Positions 15,582-24,874 of a DNA stretch of 64,000 bases are shown here, piece by piece. A program made the translations under genes and the position numbers. The notes under the pieces were generated by a model that saw nothing but the letters and a program-made list of their open reading frames with translations, had not been told where the DNA came from and did no database searches. Position 1 is the first letter of the stretch, and each line of letters opens with the position of its first letter. Source of the stretch: Solirubrobacterales bacterium (GTDB taxonomy: Bacteria; Actinomycetota; Thermoleophilia; Solirubrobacterales; JBBDJG01); NCBI GenBank assembly GCA_040880005.1, contig JBBDJG010000026.1, positions 3,432-67,431 on the forward strand, in the 5' to 3' direction.

Positions 15582-16058
15582 CTACTGGCCGGGCGTTACC
15601 GATGAGCCGGGGCCGTTGATGATCACGAACCAAAACATGAACGCAGACACGGCGATCGCGCCGCTGATCACGAAGATGCGGTTCAGCATGCCTTCCTTCT
15701 GCTCGTGCCCCGCTGCGCGACGAACGAGCTTCCAGGCGTGATCGAGCCGCATCGCGAGGCCGATCGTCCCGACCATCGTGACCATCATCCCGATGAACGC
15801 GGTCGCCAGTGCCAGCTCGATCGAGTCGGTTCGATGCTGGATGCGCGAAGCCACCCACAGCCAGCCGGCCGGCTGCGGGCCCCACAGCGTGACCAGCAAG
15901 ATCGTTTCCACGACCAGAATCGCGCCCGCGAGGATCGAGTCGATTCGGCGGCGCTTGCGATCGCCGGGTTCCGGCTTGCCGCGGTAGCGCACCGGGCCCG
16001 TCCCGGGACGGCGCCCGATGAACAGCCCGCCGGTGTTGGTGGGGTCGTTCTCAGCCAT
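15582..16058 (-). CDS. small integral membrane protein, unknown function
   Basis: Track ORF 15582..16154 trimmed to ATG 16058 (MAENDPTNTGGLF...). It contains several hydrophobic helices. Confidence 0.6.
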   Translation of the reverse strand: MAENDPTNTGGLFIGRRPGTGPVRYRGKPEPGDRKRRRIDSILAGAILVVETILLVTLWGPQPAGWLWVASRIQHRTDSIELALATAFIGMMVTMVGTIGLAMRLDHAWKLVRRAAGHEQKEGMLNRIFVISGAIAVSAFMFWFVIINGPGSSVTPGQ

Positions 16059-16131
16059 CAGCTTCAGATTCAGATCGGTGCGGTGCCTCGCCAAGTGTAG
16101 GCGAGCGCCTGCGCACGCAAGGCAGCGAACG

Positions 16132-16554
16132 TCACGTTGTCGAGCCGCGAGCATCGATCGCCTCGTTCACCAGCCGGTCGGCCAGCTCGTTGTCCGTCCG
16201 CGGAACCGACTTGATCGACCAGCGCTCGAACGCGCCCAGCGCCTCGAGCGTCTGACGGTGAAGCGGCCGCAGGCCTTCGTTCTTGACCTTGTACTGGCCC
16301 GTGAGCTGGCGCGCGACAAGCTCGGAGTCGTTGACGACCTCGACCTCCGTGGCGCCAAGGGCAGCCGCGCGCTCCGCTCCGAGCAGCACCGCCCGGTACT
16401 CCGCGACGTTGTTGGTCGCCTCACCGATGAAGTCGTTGGCGCGACCGATCTCATTGCCCTTGAGATCACTGACGACGGCACCAACGCCGGCTGGCCCAGG
16501 ATTGCCGCGCGCACCACCGTCAACGTGGACGATCACACTGGGCGTCAGCGGCAA
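16132..16554 (-). CDS. rnhA: ribonuclease H (type 1)
   Basis: 140 aa. Motifs: VHVDGGARGNPGPAG, NNVAEYRAVLLG and VVNDSELVARQL. Confidence 0.85.
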   Translation of the reverse strand: MPLTPSVIVHVDGGARGNPGPAGVGAVVSDLKGNEIGRANDFIGEATNNVAEYRAVLLGAERAAALGATEVEVVNDSELVARQLTGQYKVKNEGLRPLHRQTLEALGAFERWSIKSVPRTDNELADRLVNEAIDARGSTT

Positions 16555-16776
16555 CTATCCTGCGTCGATCTTGGGGAACGAGCCCGTGGCGCGGCGGCGG
16601 CGGCGGTCACGAACGACTCGCTGATTCGATTCAGCCGAGTCGTCATCGAGTCGACCCCGTCTGTCGGCCTTGCGACGCTCGACGATCACTTCAACGTTCG
16701 GATCGTCCTTGTAATAGTCGGAGAGCCGGTCGAACAACTCGCCCTCGAGCGTCTCGGGTATCACGCAATAGATCAC
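16555..16776 (-). CDS. hypothetical small protein, 73 aa
   Basis: Track ORF MIYCVIPETLEGELFDRLSDYYKDDPNVEVIVERRKADRR... It abuts the rnhA start. Confidence 0.5.
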   Translation of the reverse strand: MIYCVIPETLEGELFDRLSDYYKDDPNVEVIVERRKADRRGRLDDDSAESNQRVVRDRRRRRATGSFPKIDAG

Positions 16777-16785
16777 GCTCCTAGA

Positions 16786-17556
16786 TTAGAGGTCGTCGCG
16801 GGTACCTGCACTCTTGTCGGTTATCTGCGCGCCCTGATCGGCCGCTCCGAGGGCCAGCCTGCCGTCCACGAGCAGCTGCGCGTTCCATTGCCGGGCCTCT
16901 TCGGGCAGCTCGTCCAGCTCCTCGCCACGAGCCCTCAACTGGACGGGCTCCCGCGAGTCCGAGAGGTCCACCGCGTACTGATACCAGGCCAGCTCCCAGC
17001 CCACGGTCAAAATCACCTCGGCCGCCGAGCTTGCCGACGTCACCGCACTCACCTGTGGAGCGCCGAGTGAGCGGGCTATGCCACCCACGGTGCGCGGATA
17101 CTGGGACTCGTTGAACACCTCCACCGCACGATCGAGCTTGAGTTGCGCGTTGGTTGGCACAGCGTGCACGTGGCGCGGGTCTCGCGGTGCAGCTTCATCC
17201 GCCGGGGCCGGTCGGCGGGTCGCGGGCTCCGCGTCGATCCGCGCAGACACATCGGAGCTCCCTCCCGGCGCGGGATCGCCGGGCGCGACCGCCTTGGGCT
17301 CCGGCGCCGCATGGCGGCGGCGTAGCCCCAGAAAACGGCGGCGCTCCGACTCGCGTTTCGGCCTGGTCGGCGTCTCGGGCGCAACCGACTCGCGAATCCA
17401 ACCCTCTCTCTGTGCGCGCGGGGCGCAAAGAGAGCAAACGAGGCGGCGTTGGCGCGAGGGAGTCAGGAAGGGCTCCGCACGCTCGCCCTTGAGCATCGTC
17501 CGGCTGCACACGTCACAAATAACGCGTTCATCGATTGGCTGGAGCTGCCTCTTCAA
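16786..17556 (-). CDS. hypothetical protein with an N-terminal CxxC...CxxC zinc-ribbon-like motif
   Basis: 256 aa with N-terminal ICDVCSRTMLKGERAEPFLTPSRQRRLVCSLCAP. I recognise no family. Confidence 0.55.
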   Translation of the reverse strand: MKRQLQPIDERVICDVCSRTMLKGERAEPFLTPSRQRRLVCSLCAPRAQREGWIRESVAPETPTRPKRESERRRFLGLRRRHAAPEPKAVAPGDPAPGGSSDVSARIDAEPATRRPAPADEAAPRDPRHVHAVPTNAQLKLDRAVEVFNESQYPRTVGGIARSLGAPQVSAVTSASSAAEVILTVGWELAWYQYAVDLSDSREPVQLRARGEELDELPEEARQWNAQLLVDGRLALGAADQGAQITDKSAGTRDDL

Positions 17557-17578
17557 GAAAACGACCGGCGGGCGAACG

Positions 17579-19678
17579 TCAGGCCTTTGCCGCGGCCTCC
17601 TCGGTGTCCTTGCCCGCAGCCGAGACGACTTGCTGCGCGAGATGTGCCGGGACCTCCTCGTAGCGCAGGAACTCCATCGAATAGTCGCCTTGGCCGCCCG
17701 TGATCGAGCGCAGGTCGGGCGCGTAATCGAGCATCTCGGCCATCGGAACCTCGGCCTTGATCTCGGTCATCGAGCCCTTGGGCTCCATGCCGAGTGGGCG
17801 GCCTCGTCTGCCGTTGAGATCGCCGATGACATCGCCAACCGCGTCCTCGGGAACGGTCACGACCACCTGCGTGATCGGCTCGAGCAACGCGGGCTGGGCA
17901 CCTTCGGCAGCCTTTTTGAACGCCATCGAGCCCGCGATCTTGAACGCCATCTCCGAGGAATCCACCGCGTGGTGCGAGCCGTCGTACAGCGTGACCTTGA
18001 CGCCGCTTATCGGGTAGCCGGCCACGACGCCTTGCTGCATCGCCTCACGAACGCCCTTTTCGACCGCCGGGATGAAGCTCCCTGGAATCACGCCGCCCTT
18101 GATCTTGTTCACGAACTCGAATCCCTGCCCGTCAGGCAGCGGCTCCATCTCGATGTGGCAGTCACCGAACTGGCCACGGCCACCGGTCTGCTTCTTGTAG
18201 CGGCCATGAGCCTTGGACTTCGCCTTGATCGTCTCCTGGTAGGGGACCCGCGGCGGCTTGAGGTTGACCTCGGCGCCGAAACGGCTCTTCATGCGACCGA
18301 CCACGACCTCGACGTGGATCTGAGACAGCCCGGCAATGATCTGTTCGCCGGTCTGGGGGTCGCGGTGGAAGTCGAGCGTCGGATCCTCCTCCTGCAGGCG
18401 GCGCAAAGCGGTAGCCACCTTCTCCTCGTCCCCCTTCGACTTTGGCTCGATCGCGAACGCCATCACGGCGCCCGGCAGCGTCGCCGCCTTGAAGGAGATC
18501 TTCCGACCCTTGGTGGTCGTGAGCGTGTCACCCGAATGAGTCTCCTTGAGCTTTGCCACCGCGCCGATGTCACCGGCCCCGAACTCGTCCGCCTTGCCGT
18601 GCTCTTTTCCCCTGAGGGTCAGGAGCTGCCCCACACGCTCCTTGCCGCCGCTTCGCGCGTTCGTCACCTGCGAGTCGCCCTTCAACGTTCCCGAGTAGAC
18701 CCGAAACAGGTTGATACGGCCCGCGAAGGGGTCGGCAAGCGTCTTGAACACGTAGGCGATCGTGTCGGCCGCTTCGTCCGGGGCAATCTCGATCTCATTG
18801 CCATCACCGTCCCGTGCCGTCACGGCTCCCCTCTTGGCCGGCGAAGGCAGATCGTTGACAAGTGCGTCCAGCAGACGATCGGTGCCGAAGTTCTTCGTTG
18901 CGATGCCACACGTCACGGGAAAGATCGAGCCCCTCGTGACGCCGTCCTTGAGCGAGCCCACAATCTCGTCGTGTGAGATCTCCTCTCCCTCGAGGTAGCG
19001 CTCCATCAACTCGTCGGAGTTCTCGGCGACCTCGTCCATCAGCTTCTCGCGATACTCCTCGGCCTGCTCGCGAACGTCGTCAGGGATCTCGATCGCTTTC
19101 GCGTTCCCGCGGCCAGAACCCTCGTACTCGAACGCTTTCATGTCGATCAAATCGACGACGCCGTACGTCGTGTGCTCCGAGCCGATCGGGATCTCGGTCG
19201 CAACGACGTGAGGTCCGAACGCGTCCTTCAGGGACTCGAGCGAGCGAAAAAAGTCGGCGCGCTCGCGGTCGAGCATATTGACGAACACGAGTCGCGCAAG
19301 ACCAAGCTCGGAGGCGCGCTGCCACAGGCGATCGGTGGAGACCTCGACGCCCATCACCGCGTTGACTACGAAGACCGCGCTCTCGCAGACGCTGAGGGCG
19401 CCGAGCGCGTCGGCGACGAAGCTGGGATCGCCCGGAGTATCGATCAGGTTGATCTTGCGCCCGTCGAACTCGAACGAGGCGAGGCTCGCCGAGATCGACA
19501 TCTCGCGCGCCTGCTCGTCGGCTTCGGAATCGGACACGGATGTGCCGTCCGCAACGGCGCCCAACCTCGTGATCGCTCCCGCCTCGAACAGCAACGCTTC
19601 GTTGGCCGAGGTCTTACCTGCCCCTCTGTGGCCAACCAGCGCGACGTTCCTGATCCGACCCGCGGCCTTATGTGCCAA
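17579..19678 (-). CDS. elongation factor G paralog (EF-G2-like translational GTPase)
   Basis: 699 aa with full EF-G domain order. It lies outside an rpsL-rpsG-fusA-tuf context, and its G1 motif is VGHRGAGKTS rather than the canonical AHIDAGKTT. Confidence 0.85.
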   Translation of the reverse strand: MAHKAAGRIRNVALVGHRGAGKTSANEALLFEAGAITRLGAVADGTSVSDSEADEQAREMSISASLASFEFDGRKINLIDTPGDPSFVADALGALSVCESAVFVVNAVMGVEVSTDRLWQRASELGLARLVFVNMLDRERADFFRSLESLKDAFGPHVVATEIPIGSEHTTYGVVDLIDMKAFEYEGSGRGNAKAIEIPDDVREQAEEYREKLMDEVAENSDELMERYLEGEEISHDEIVGSLKDGVTRGSIFPVTCGIATKNFGTDRLLDALVNDLPSPAKRGAVTARDGDGNEIEIAPDEAADTIAYVFKTLADPFAGRINLFRVYSGTLKGDSQVTNARSGGKERVGQLLTLRGKEHGKADEFGAGDIGAVAKLKETHSGDTLTTTKGRKISFKAATLPGAVMAFAIEPKSKGDEEKVATALRRLQEEDPTLDFHRDPQTGEQIIAGLSQIHVEVVVGRMKSRFGAEVNLKPPRVPYQETIKAKSKAHGRYKKQTGGRGQFGDCHIEMEPLPDGQGFEFVNKIKGGVIPGSFIPAVEKGVREAMQQGVVAGYPISGVKVTLYDGSHHAVDSSEMAFKIAGSMAFKKAAEGAQPALLEPITQVVVTVPEDAVGDVIGDLNGRRGRPLGMEPKGSMTEIKAEVPMAEMLDYAPDLRSITGGQGDYSMEFLRYEEVPAHLAQQVVSAAGKDTEEAAAKA

Positions 19679-19749
19679 CAGCCTCTCCTCTCCGGTGGTT
19701 CACACCGCCGGATTACATCAGACCCCGGCCGCTCGCGACAAGAAAGGGT

Positions 19750-20535
19750 TTAGCTGGACTCGATCTCAGCCTGGAGTCGCGCCTTGAGTCGCAGCACGGC
19801 CTTGGTGTGCAGCTGCGAGACACGCGACTCTGTCACTCCGAGTACCTCTCCGATCTCCCGCAGCGTCAGGTTCTCGTAGTAGTAGAGGGCGACCACAAGC
19901 TTCTCGCGCTCAGGAAGCCGCGAGATCGCGTGCGCCAGACGATCTTTCAGCTCGCTCACGCCCAGCTCGCGTGCCGGGTCAACGGCGTTCGGGTCCTTCA
20001 TCGTGTCGAGCAGCGAAACCTGATCGCCACTCGAGTCCGACACGGTCCACAGCTCGTCGAGCGCCACCACGGTCGAGTTCGAGATCTGCATCAAGCTCTG
20101 CTGAAAGTCTTCGACCGGAGTCTCGAGTTGCGCGGCGACCTCGTCGTCGGTAGGTGCGCGACCCAGCTCATGCTCGAGCTTCGATTGGGCTCTCTCGATC
20201 TCTCGCGCCTTGGCCCGAACGGAGCGCGGCACCCAGTCGAGGGAGCGTAGCTCGTCGATGATCGAACCCTTGATCCGTGCAACGGCGAACGTCTCGAACT
20301 TGATCTCGCGCTCGGGCTCGAAGCGTTCGATCGCGCCGATCAGGCCCAGCAGCCCGTACGAGATCAGGTCGGCTTCCTCGATGTGGGCGGGCAGCCCGCT
20401 CGACATGCGGCCGGCGACGAACTTGACGAGCGGCGAGTAGGCAAGCACGAGCTGCTCGCGAGCCTTCTCGTCTCCGGTCTTCTTGTAACGGGACCAGAGA
20501 TCCCGGAGCTGCATTTGCTTGACGCTAGATTCCAT
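19750..20535 (-). CDS. RNA polymerase sigma factor, FliA/WhiG (group 3) family
   Basis: 261 aa. The region 2 segment is ADLISYGLLGLIGAIERFEP, and the region 4.2 HTH is LTLREIGEVLGVTESRVSQLHTKAVLRLK. Confidence 0.85.
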   Translation of the reverse strand: MESSVKQMQLRDLWSRYKKTGDEKAREQLVLAYSPLVKFVAGRMSSGLPAHIEEADLISYGLLGLIGAIERFEPEREIKFETFAVARIKGSIIDELRSLDWVPRSVRAKAREIERAQSKLEHELGRAPTDDEVAAQLETPVEDFQQSLMQISNSTVVALDELWTVSDSSGDQVSLLDTMKDPNAVDPARELGVSELKDRLAHAISRLPEREKLVVALYYYENLTLREIGEVLGVTESRVSQLHTKAVLRLKARLQAEIESS

Positions 20536-20559
20536 CGCTGGTCGCCTTCTGTGGCTTGT

Positions 20560-21531
20560 CTATGCCCTCGGATGGCTTCTGCCGTACACCTTGCGCAGAC
20601 GGCTGGACTCTACCCGAGTGTAGACCTGCGTGGTGGAAATGGAAGCGTGTCCCAACAGCTCCTGAATCGTGCGCAGGTCAGCGCCGCCCTCCAGCAGATG
20701 GGTGGCAAACGAATGTCGCAAGGCGTGCGGCGAGATGCCGGCTGACAGGCTCGCGTTGCGCAACCAGATCCTCAGCCGGCGGCGAATGTCGGAAGACGAT
20801 AGCCGCCGCCCCGTCTTGGAGACGAACATCGCCGGCTCGCCCGGTCCCGACGCGAGAGCAGGGCGAGCCGTTGCAAGGTACCGATCGAGTGCACGCTGCG
20901 CCGGCTCGCCGATCGGCAGCACCCGTACCTTGTCGCCCTTTCCGAGCACGCGCAGCTCCTCCGCGTCGAAGTCGACCGAGTCGAGGTCGAGGTTGACGAT
21001 CTCCTCGCTGCGCAAGCCGCAAGAGTAGGCAATTTCGAACACGGCCCTGTCGCGCACTTCGAGCGGGGTATGCGCGGAGATGCGATCGAGTAACGCAGCT
21101 ATCTCGTCCTGGCGCAGAACCTTGGGAAGTGCGCTCCCGCGGCGCGGCGACGGAATCAGGTCGGCCGGGTTTTGCTCGATCTGTTCGCGCTCGACCATGT
21201 GCCGGTAGAAGGAACGGATCGCGGCCAGCTTGCGTGCGACAGTGAGCTTCGACAGGCCGCGTCCGCCCTCCCCCGCCGGAGAGGCCAGATGAGCGGCGTA
21301 GCGACGCAGCAACCGGTAGCGAACCGCGGCCGGCTTGACATCTCCGGTAGCCCACTCGGCGAGTTCGCCAACATCCGCTTGGTAGGCGCGCCTGGTGCGC
21401 TCCGACGTGCCGCGTGCTCGCAGGGCCTGATCGAATCCGATCAACGCCTTGCGCCATGCCGGCGAAGGCTTCCGCTCGCCGGCCGGACGGCCCGCTTTCG
21501 TACGATCCTCGACGATGTCCAGGTTCTTCAT
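20560..21531 (-). CDS. xerC: site-specific tyrosine recombinase XerC/XerD family
   Basis: Track ORF 20560..21795 trimmed to ATG 21531 (MKNLDIVEDR...). The C-terminal catalytic motif is HALRHSFATHLLEGGADLRTIQELLGHASISTTQVYT. Confidence 0.85.
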   Translation of the reverse strand: MKNLDIVEDRTKAGRPAGERKPSPAWRKALIGFDQALRARGTSERTRRAYQADVGELAEWATGDVKPAAVRYRLLRRYAAHLASPAGEGGRGLSKLTVARKLAAIRSFYRHMVEREQIEQNPADLIPSPRRGSALPKVLRQDEIAALLDRISAHTPLEVRDRAVFEIAYSCGLRSEEIVNLDLDSVDFDAEELRVLGKGDKVRVLPIGEPAQRALDRYLATARPALASGPGEPAMFVSKTGRRLSSSDIRRRLRIWLRNASLSAGISPHALRHSFATHLLEGGADLRTIQELLGHASISTTQVYTRVESSRLRKVYGRSHPRA

Positions 21532-21823
21532 CGACACGGAGTGCGGTCGCGTGGCGACCCGAACGCAACTCGTCGGCGCCGGCTTTGCGGGCGCATCAGA
21601 GGCGCCCGCGCCACCCTGGCATCCGGTGCAGGGAGCGAGTGACGCCTCGACTGCCGTCCACGCGATCATGCGAAAACGCGTTTCCGGCCGCCAGCGAGAT
21701 GCGTGGATCGGCACGGTCTGTATTCGCCATGGCCAGTACAAGGCCTCTCTGGAGGCGCAGGGCTGGGAGGAAGTTTCGATCCCCGAGATAGGCATCGGCC
21801 CGAGCGGCTGAGCGCTCGGTCCG

Positions 21824-22999
21824 CTACTGAACGTAGACCGGCGCGCCGACCGGTACCTGTGGGTACAACTGCTCGACGTCGGAAACCTTCATCCTGATGC
21901 AGCCGTGCGAGGCTGCCGTGCCGAGCGAGTCTTCCTCGGCGGTCCCATGGATGCCGGCGCCGTCGAAGAATCCCAGCCAGCGTGACTTGAGCGGATTATC
22001 GGGTGCGCCCCCCGGTACCGTCGTGCCGGCGAGGTCTCCGGCCCATGGCTTGTCGGGGACGTTCCAAGCGGGATCGACAGCCTTGTCCGTGACGTGGTAC
22101 AGGCCGGCTGGCGTCTCCAGCCCGGCTTGCCCGACCGCAATCGGATAGGTCGCCGCCAGGCGAAGGTCCTTGAACAGTCGCAGCTTGAAGTTTGCGCGAT
22201 CGATCGTGGTCACGATTGGATACTTGGGCGCAAGATCCTCGCTGGTCACGTCCGGCTGGCTGACCCTGACCGGCGCGCGCACCGTACGCTCACTGAGGGC
22301 GGTGGCCGCGATTCCAGTCTCGATTGCGCGCCGCAACCTGGCAGCGTTGAGCTTGAGCCCGGTTTGCGACGGCACCACCGGCAACGTGGCGGTCGCTCCC
22401 CCGGTGAAATTGACCTCGGCGTCGCGCGATGAGCGGTCAACGTCGCGCTTGACATCGCGCGCGAATCGCCGCACCGCGACGCGAGAGTAGTTGGCCTTCG
22501 CCGGTAGGTCCGCGTCCGATTCCGATCCCGTCAAGCCCTCGAAAACCCGTGCCGGAAAGATGCTCGAGCGGCCGGCCGAGATCGCATCGTCGACCATCCC
22601 GTCGACGTCCGCGGTCAGGGCCGCGCGCGCAGGCGTCAACTTGAAGCGAGAGCCGGCCGCCCTCACTCGAACGGGCTGTTCGAGGCGACCGGAAAGCCGC
22701 CGACGCAGCTTCGCGCGAGCAGCCTCGGCGCGCAAGCCACCGATGTCAACGCCGGCGACGTGCACACCCGCGCGAACCAGCTCCTTGCGCGAGGAGTCGT
22801 ACACGTACGCAGCAAGCAGGACGGCGATCGCCAGCCCACCCGCAATCAGGACACTGCGCGAGGGTGGCCACGTCGGCCGCTGCCTCTTGCGGCCGGTTTC
22901 GACCCGACCCCGCCCGTTTCCGGCGACGCCTGAGAAGTCCCAGCCCCGCTGCGGGTCCGGGCGCTCACGAATCGATGAAGTTTCGTCTCCTCCCACCAC
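21824..22999 (-). CDS. L,D-transpeptidase (YkuD domain) with an N-terminal membrane anchor
   Basis: 391 aa. The C-terminal catalytic segment is HGTAEEDSLGTAASHGCIRM. Confidence 0.85.
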   Translation of the reverse strand: MVGGDETSSIRERPDPQRGWDFSGVAGNGRGRVETGRKRQRPTWPPSRSVLIAGGLAIAVLLAAYVYDSSRKELVRAGVHVAGVDIGGLRAEAARAKLRRRLSGRLEQPVRVRAAGSRFKLTPARAALTADVDGMVDDAISAGRSSIFPARVFEGLTGSESDADLPAKANYSRVAVRRFARDVKRDVDRSSRDAEVNFTGGATATLPVVPSQTGLKLNAARLRRAIETGIAATALSERTVRAPVRVSQPDVTSEDLAPKYPIVTTIDRANFKLRLFKDLRLAATYPIAVGQAGLETPAGLYHVTDKAVDPAWNVPDKPWAGDLAGTTVPGGAPDNPLKSRWLGFFDGAGIHGTAEEDSLGTAASHGCIRMKVSDVEQLYPQVPVGAPVYVQ

Positions 23000-23151
23000 T
23001 CACCTGTCGGGGCCGATCGCGGCCCTGCTCGATGCAGAGTACGCCCAGAACTTTAGAGAACCCGACCGGCGATGCCGAGTCGTTGGGGCTCCACTGCAGG
23101 AAGTCCTCGACCTTCCTCACGTATTGGTAGGGCTCGGTCGCCCGCCGCTCT

Positions 23152-23886
23152 GTGGGTAGGATTGCTTGCGTGAGATCGAAGGACGCCATTCGCCGCTCCA
23201 TCTGGACCGCGATGGACCGAGAGGGCGTCTCGCGCTTTCCCGGCGCACAGGGACGAATCCCAAACTTCGCCAACGCGCGCTCGGCCGCTGAGCGGCTTGG
23301 CAGCCATTCGACCTGGAAAAAGGCCAAGACGATCAAGGCCAACCCCGATGCTCCGCAGACTCACGCGCGACGACTGGCACTGGAACAGGGAAAGACCCTG
23401 GTGATGGCCGTCCCGAGGCTGCGCGCCGACCACCCGTTCCGGCTGCTCGATCCCAAGAAGCTGACGAAGAAGCAGCTACGCGAGGCGGCCACCATAAAGG
23501 GAGCCCTGCGCCACGGAGAGGTGATCGACCTCGAGCAGGTACCGAAGCTGGACCTGATCCTGTGCGGATCGGTGGCGGTCAACCTGAAGGGAGCGCGCCT
23601 CGGCAAGGGTGGCGGCTACAACGACCTCGAATACGCGCTGTTGGCCGAGGCGGGCAGCGTCTCCGACCGCACGATCGTCGCGACCACCGTGCATCCGATC
23701 CAGATCGTTCGAGAGAATCTGCCGATCACCTCACACGACATACCGGTCGACCTGATCGTGACGCCACGCGCAGCGATTGAGGTCGAGCGTGCCTTCGACC
23801 GCCCCCGTGGCGTCTTGTGGGACCACCTCCAGCCGCCTCAGATCCACGAGATACCGGTTCTGGAGCGGATGGGCTACCTGGCCTGA
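23152..23886 (+). CDS. 5-formyltetrahydrofolate cyclo-ligase family protein
   Basis: 244 aa with the motif RLGKGGGYNDLEYALL. Confidence 0.7.
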   Translation: MGRIACVRSKDAIRRSIWTAMDREGVSRFPGAQGRIPNFANARSAAERLGSHSTWKKAKTIKANPDAPQTHARRLALEQGKTLVMAVPRLRADHPFRLLDPKKLTKKQLREAATIKGALRHGEVIDLEQVPKLDLILCGSVAVNLKGARLGKGGGYNDLEYALLAEAGSVSDRTIVATTVHPIQIVRENLPITSHDIPVDLIVTPRAAIEVERAFDRPRGVLWDHLQPPQIHEIPVLERMGYLA

Positions 23887-23935
23887 TCGCCTTTTTGGGC
23901 GAAACCGCGGATGCCAGATGTAAAGTAGATACAGG

Positions 23936-24862
23936 ATGGCCACGTCAACACATGCGCTGATCAACGGAGCGGCCACGACGCTCGATGACTACGGACTGCC
24001 CGGTGACCCCGCCTGGACGGAGATCGACTGGCGCGAGCACCTGCACTCGGCCGATGTCATGGGAACTCGGGTCAACTACGTTGACGTCGGTGAAGGGCCG
24101 CCGGTCGTCTTGGTGCATGGGCTCTCTGGCTGCTGGCAGAACTGGCTCGAGAACATTCCCCACCTCGCGCAGCGCCACCGCGTCATCATTCCCGATCTTC
24201 CCGGCTTCGGCCGATCACCGATGCCGCCCGAGCCGATCACGATTCCCTACTACGGGCACTTCCTCAATGCCTTGCTCGACCACCTCGATCTCGACCGCGC
24301 GTCGGTGGTCGGCAACTCGATGGGCGGCTTCGTCTCCGCGGAGGTTGCCGTCAGTCATCGCTCCCGCATCGACGCGCTCGTCTTGGTCTCGGCGGTCGGC
24401 GTGCACAAGCTTCCACGCAACATGACACCGGGCCAGGCCGTGCGCGCGGCGGGATGGATGCGCCCGGTCACCGACGCGACCTTGCGTCGCGCCGACTTCC
24501 TCGTCCGCCGAGCCCGCGGCAGACGCCTCCTGCTGGGCATGGTCGCACGCTATCCCGAGCGGCTCCAACCGCAGATGTGCGTGGAGATGCTGATGGGCGC
24601 CGACAAGCCCGGCTTCGCCGACGCGCTGCACTCGATCTTCAACTACGACCTCAGGCACAGGCTCGAGGACGTCACCGTGCCCGCGCTGATCGTCTGGGGC
24701 CGCAACGACATGCTGGTACCCGTCGAGTCCGCCCACACCTACGAACGCCACCTGCCGAACTCGACCAAGGTGATCCTCGATGGCACCGGCCACGTCGCGA
24801 TGATCGAGCGTGCGCGCACGTTCAACCGCCTGGTCGGCGAGTTTCTCCCGTACACCGCCTGA
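23936..24862 (+). CDS. alpha/beta hydrolase
   Basis: 308 aa with VVLVHGLSG and the nucleophile elbow GNSMGG. Confidence 0.85.
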   Translation: MATSTHALINGAATTLDDYGLPGDPAWTEIDWREHLHSADVMGTRVNYVDVGEGPPVVLVHGLSGCWQNWLENIPHLAQRHRVIIPDLPGFGRSPMPPEPITIPYYGHFLNALLDHLDLDRASVVGNSMGGFVSAEVAVSHRSRIDALVLVSAVGVHKLPRNMTPGQAVRAAGWMRPVTDATLRRADFLVRRARGRRLLLGMVARYPERLQPQMCVEMLMGADKPGFADALHSIFNYDLRHRLEDVTVPALIVWGRNDMLVPVESAHTYERHLPNSTKVILDGTGHVAMIERARTFNRLVGEFLPYTA

Positions 24863-24874
24863 CGGCGGTGGCTG

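Noticed and set aside
17078-18976. A 632-aa plus-strand ORF antisense to the EF-G paralog.
   Set aside because: It is a shadow ORF with no recognisable motifs, and the EF-G frame is unambiguous.
21532-21795. The N-terminal extension of the XerC track ORF. Similar extensions occur at 12157..12381, 16059..16154 and 28263..28373.
   Set aside because: The upstream portions are not protein-like, and conserved family N-termini begin at the internal starts I chose.
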